From the NCBI GenBank assembly GCA_010909165.1, contig VJWM01000068.1, forward strand, positions 1,302,001 through 1,366,000: a stretch of DNA of 64,000 bases. Reading direction: 5' to 3'. Within the stretch, counting starts at the first letter, position 1; every line of letters starts with the position of its first letter. Positions 62,777 to 64,000 of this stretch are shown here, piece after piece. This stretch comes from Anthoceros angustus. Taxonomy: Eukaryota; Plantae; Anthocerotophyta. Made by a program: the position numbers and the translations under genes. The notes beneath the pieces were generated by a model that was given only the letters and a program-made list of their open reading frames with translations, had not been told where the DNA came from and did not search any database.

Positions 62777-62990
62777 GGTTTTGGGTGTCTTTACCTATTC
62801 AAAGTTTTTGGGTGTCTTTACCTATCCAAAGTTTTTGGGTGTCTTTACCTATCCAAAGTTTTTGGGTGTCTTTATCTATCCAAAGTTTTTGGGTGTCTTT
62901 ACCTATCCAAAGTTTTTGGGTGTCTTTACCTATCCAAAGTTTTTGGGTGTCTTTACCTATCCAAAGTTTTTGGGTGTCTTCATCCGTCCA
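62777..62990. repeat. 27-bp minisatellite, copy B
   Basis: Same unit as 4597-4810. Confidence 0.95.
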
Positions 62991-64000
62991 AGTTGCCTTT
63001 CTCCTAACCAACCTGCTAGCTGCATCGTCCAACATGACTTGCGAGGAAACTCATGGATCGTGGCAATTCTAGCATAGTATACTATGGATCGTGGCAAATC
63101 TACCATGGCTTCTTTCCGAAGCTGGCTAGGACGCTTGGTACGACTTGTGAATCTCAATATTTATTATTCATTATATTACATAACATCCCGGCGACCAAGA
63201 TGCACTCGAGATGGAGCACGGGCAAGGGCAGTGTGGGCCATAGACACTGTGACCACGAGGTTCGCAATGAAGAGCTCAACATGGAATGGAATCGGAGTGT
63301 CTTCTAATAGACCAGCCCAATAATTAGGGAATCTACGCGATTAACCAGATAGAATGCGGACTGCCACTTACGTCGAACTTATGTCCAGTAGTTTAACTGT
63401 TAAGATGATCCAACCGTGTGCCAAGGACCATTCAGTTTTGATTTGAACTGTCCAATTTGAAAATCCACTTGAACTAGTTAGCAAATTGTGACTTCTCATG
63501 GGCTAAGGACAATTCAGTTTTGATTTCAACAATCTACTTGAACTGCCTAACAAATTGTGACTTCTCGGCGAGACACAGAAAATGGTAAAAAATACGATAA
63601 ATAAAAACAAAAGTAATTGACCAGGTAGTATAATCGAAGCAGGCAAGCAGGCTGGTGAATGTCCATGCTTGGGTAGACAGTGCCACGATCAGGCCCGTGG
63701 ACAGTGCCACGGTGGCACTGTCAGGCTCGTGGACAGTGCCATGGTCTGCAACCGCCGGTAAGCCAAAAACGGGCCTAAATCGCTTGCCCCCGGTTTGCAG
63801 GCGTCAGGAGGACCGGAATCTAAATGGGACAAACGAATTCGGAGAGCGCAGTGAAGGGACGAGTTGCGGCAAGAAAGAAGACTGCACATAAGGTGTGCCA
63901 GCGATTCTTTACGGGAGTAACTGCGAACTGCACAGTCAGCTTTTGATTGAATGACTATAGTACAGTTTTCCGGATAGCAGAGTTCATGAATGGTCGGATC

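Overview
Eukaryotic nuclear DNA from a land plant, probably a non-seed plant such as a fern, lycophyte or bryophyte (inferred from PLS-type PPR remnants and the Ty3 and CACTA families present). Frequent 1-bp indels differ between duplicated copies, so many frameshifts may be long-read consensus errors; coordinates marked ~ are approximate. Architecture: an ~13-kb gene cassette (PPR remnants, GNA-lectin remnant, 2OG/Fe(II) dioxygenase, pogo-like MITE, L-type lectin receptor kinase) is present twice, with 1-5792 matching 58091-64000 and ~6412-12750 matching ~51724-56905. The copies are separated by a ~39-kb nest of transposons: a Ty3/gypsy pol split by a solo LTR and by a 9-kb CACTA element, a second CACTA, and more LTR pieces. 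Best leads, found by hand translation across frameshifts and missing from the ORF track: (1) a prokaryote-type beta-class N6-adenine/N4-cytosine DNA methyltransferase domain inside the TIR-bounded CACTA element (~21325-21978, minus); (2) a Ty3 integrase ending in a PHD finger instead of a chromodomain (30526-31720, minus); (3) two LecRK paralogs with near-identical kinases but strongly diverged sugar-binding loops. No CRISPR array, rRNA or tRNA gene was seen.
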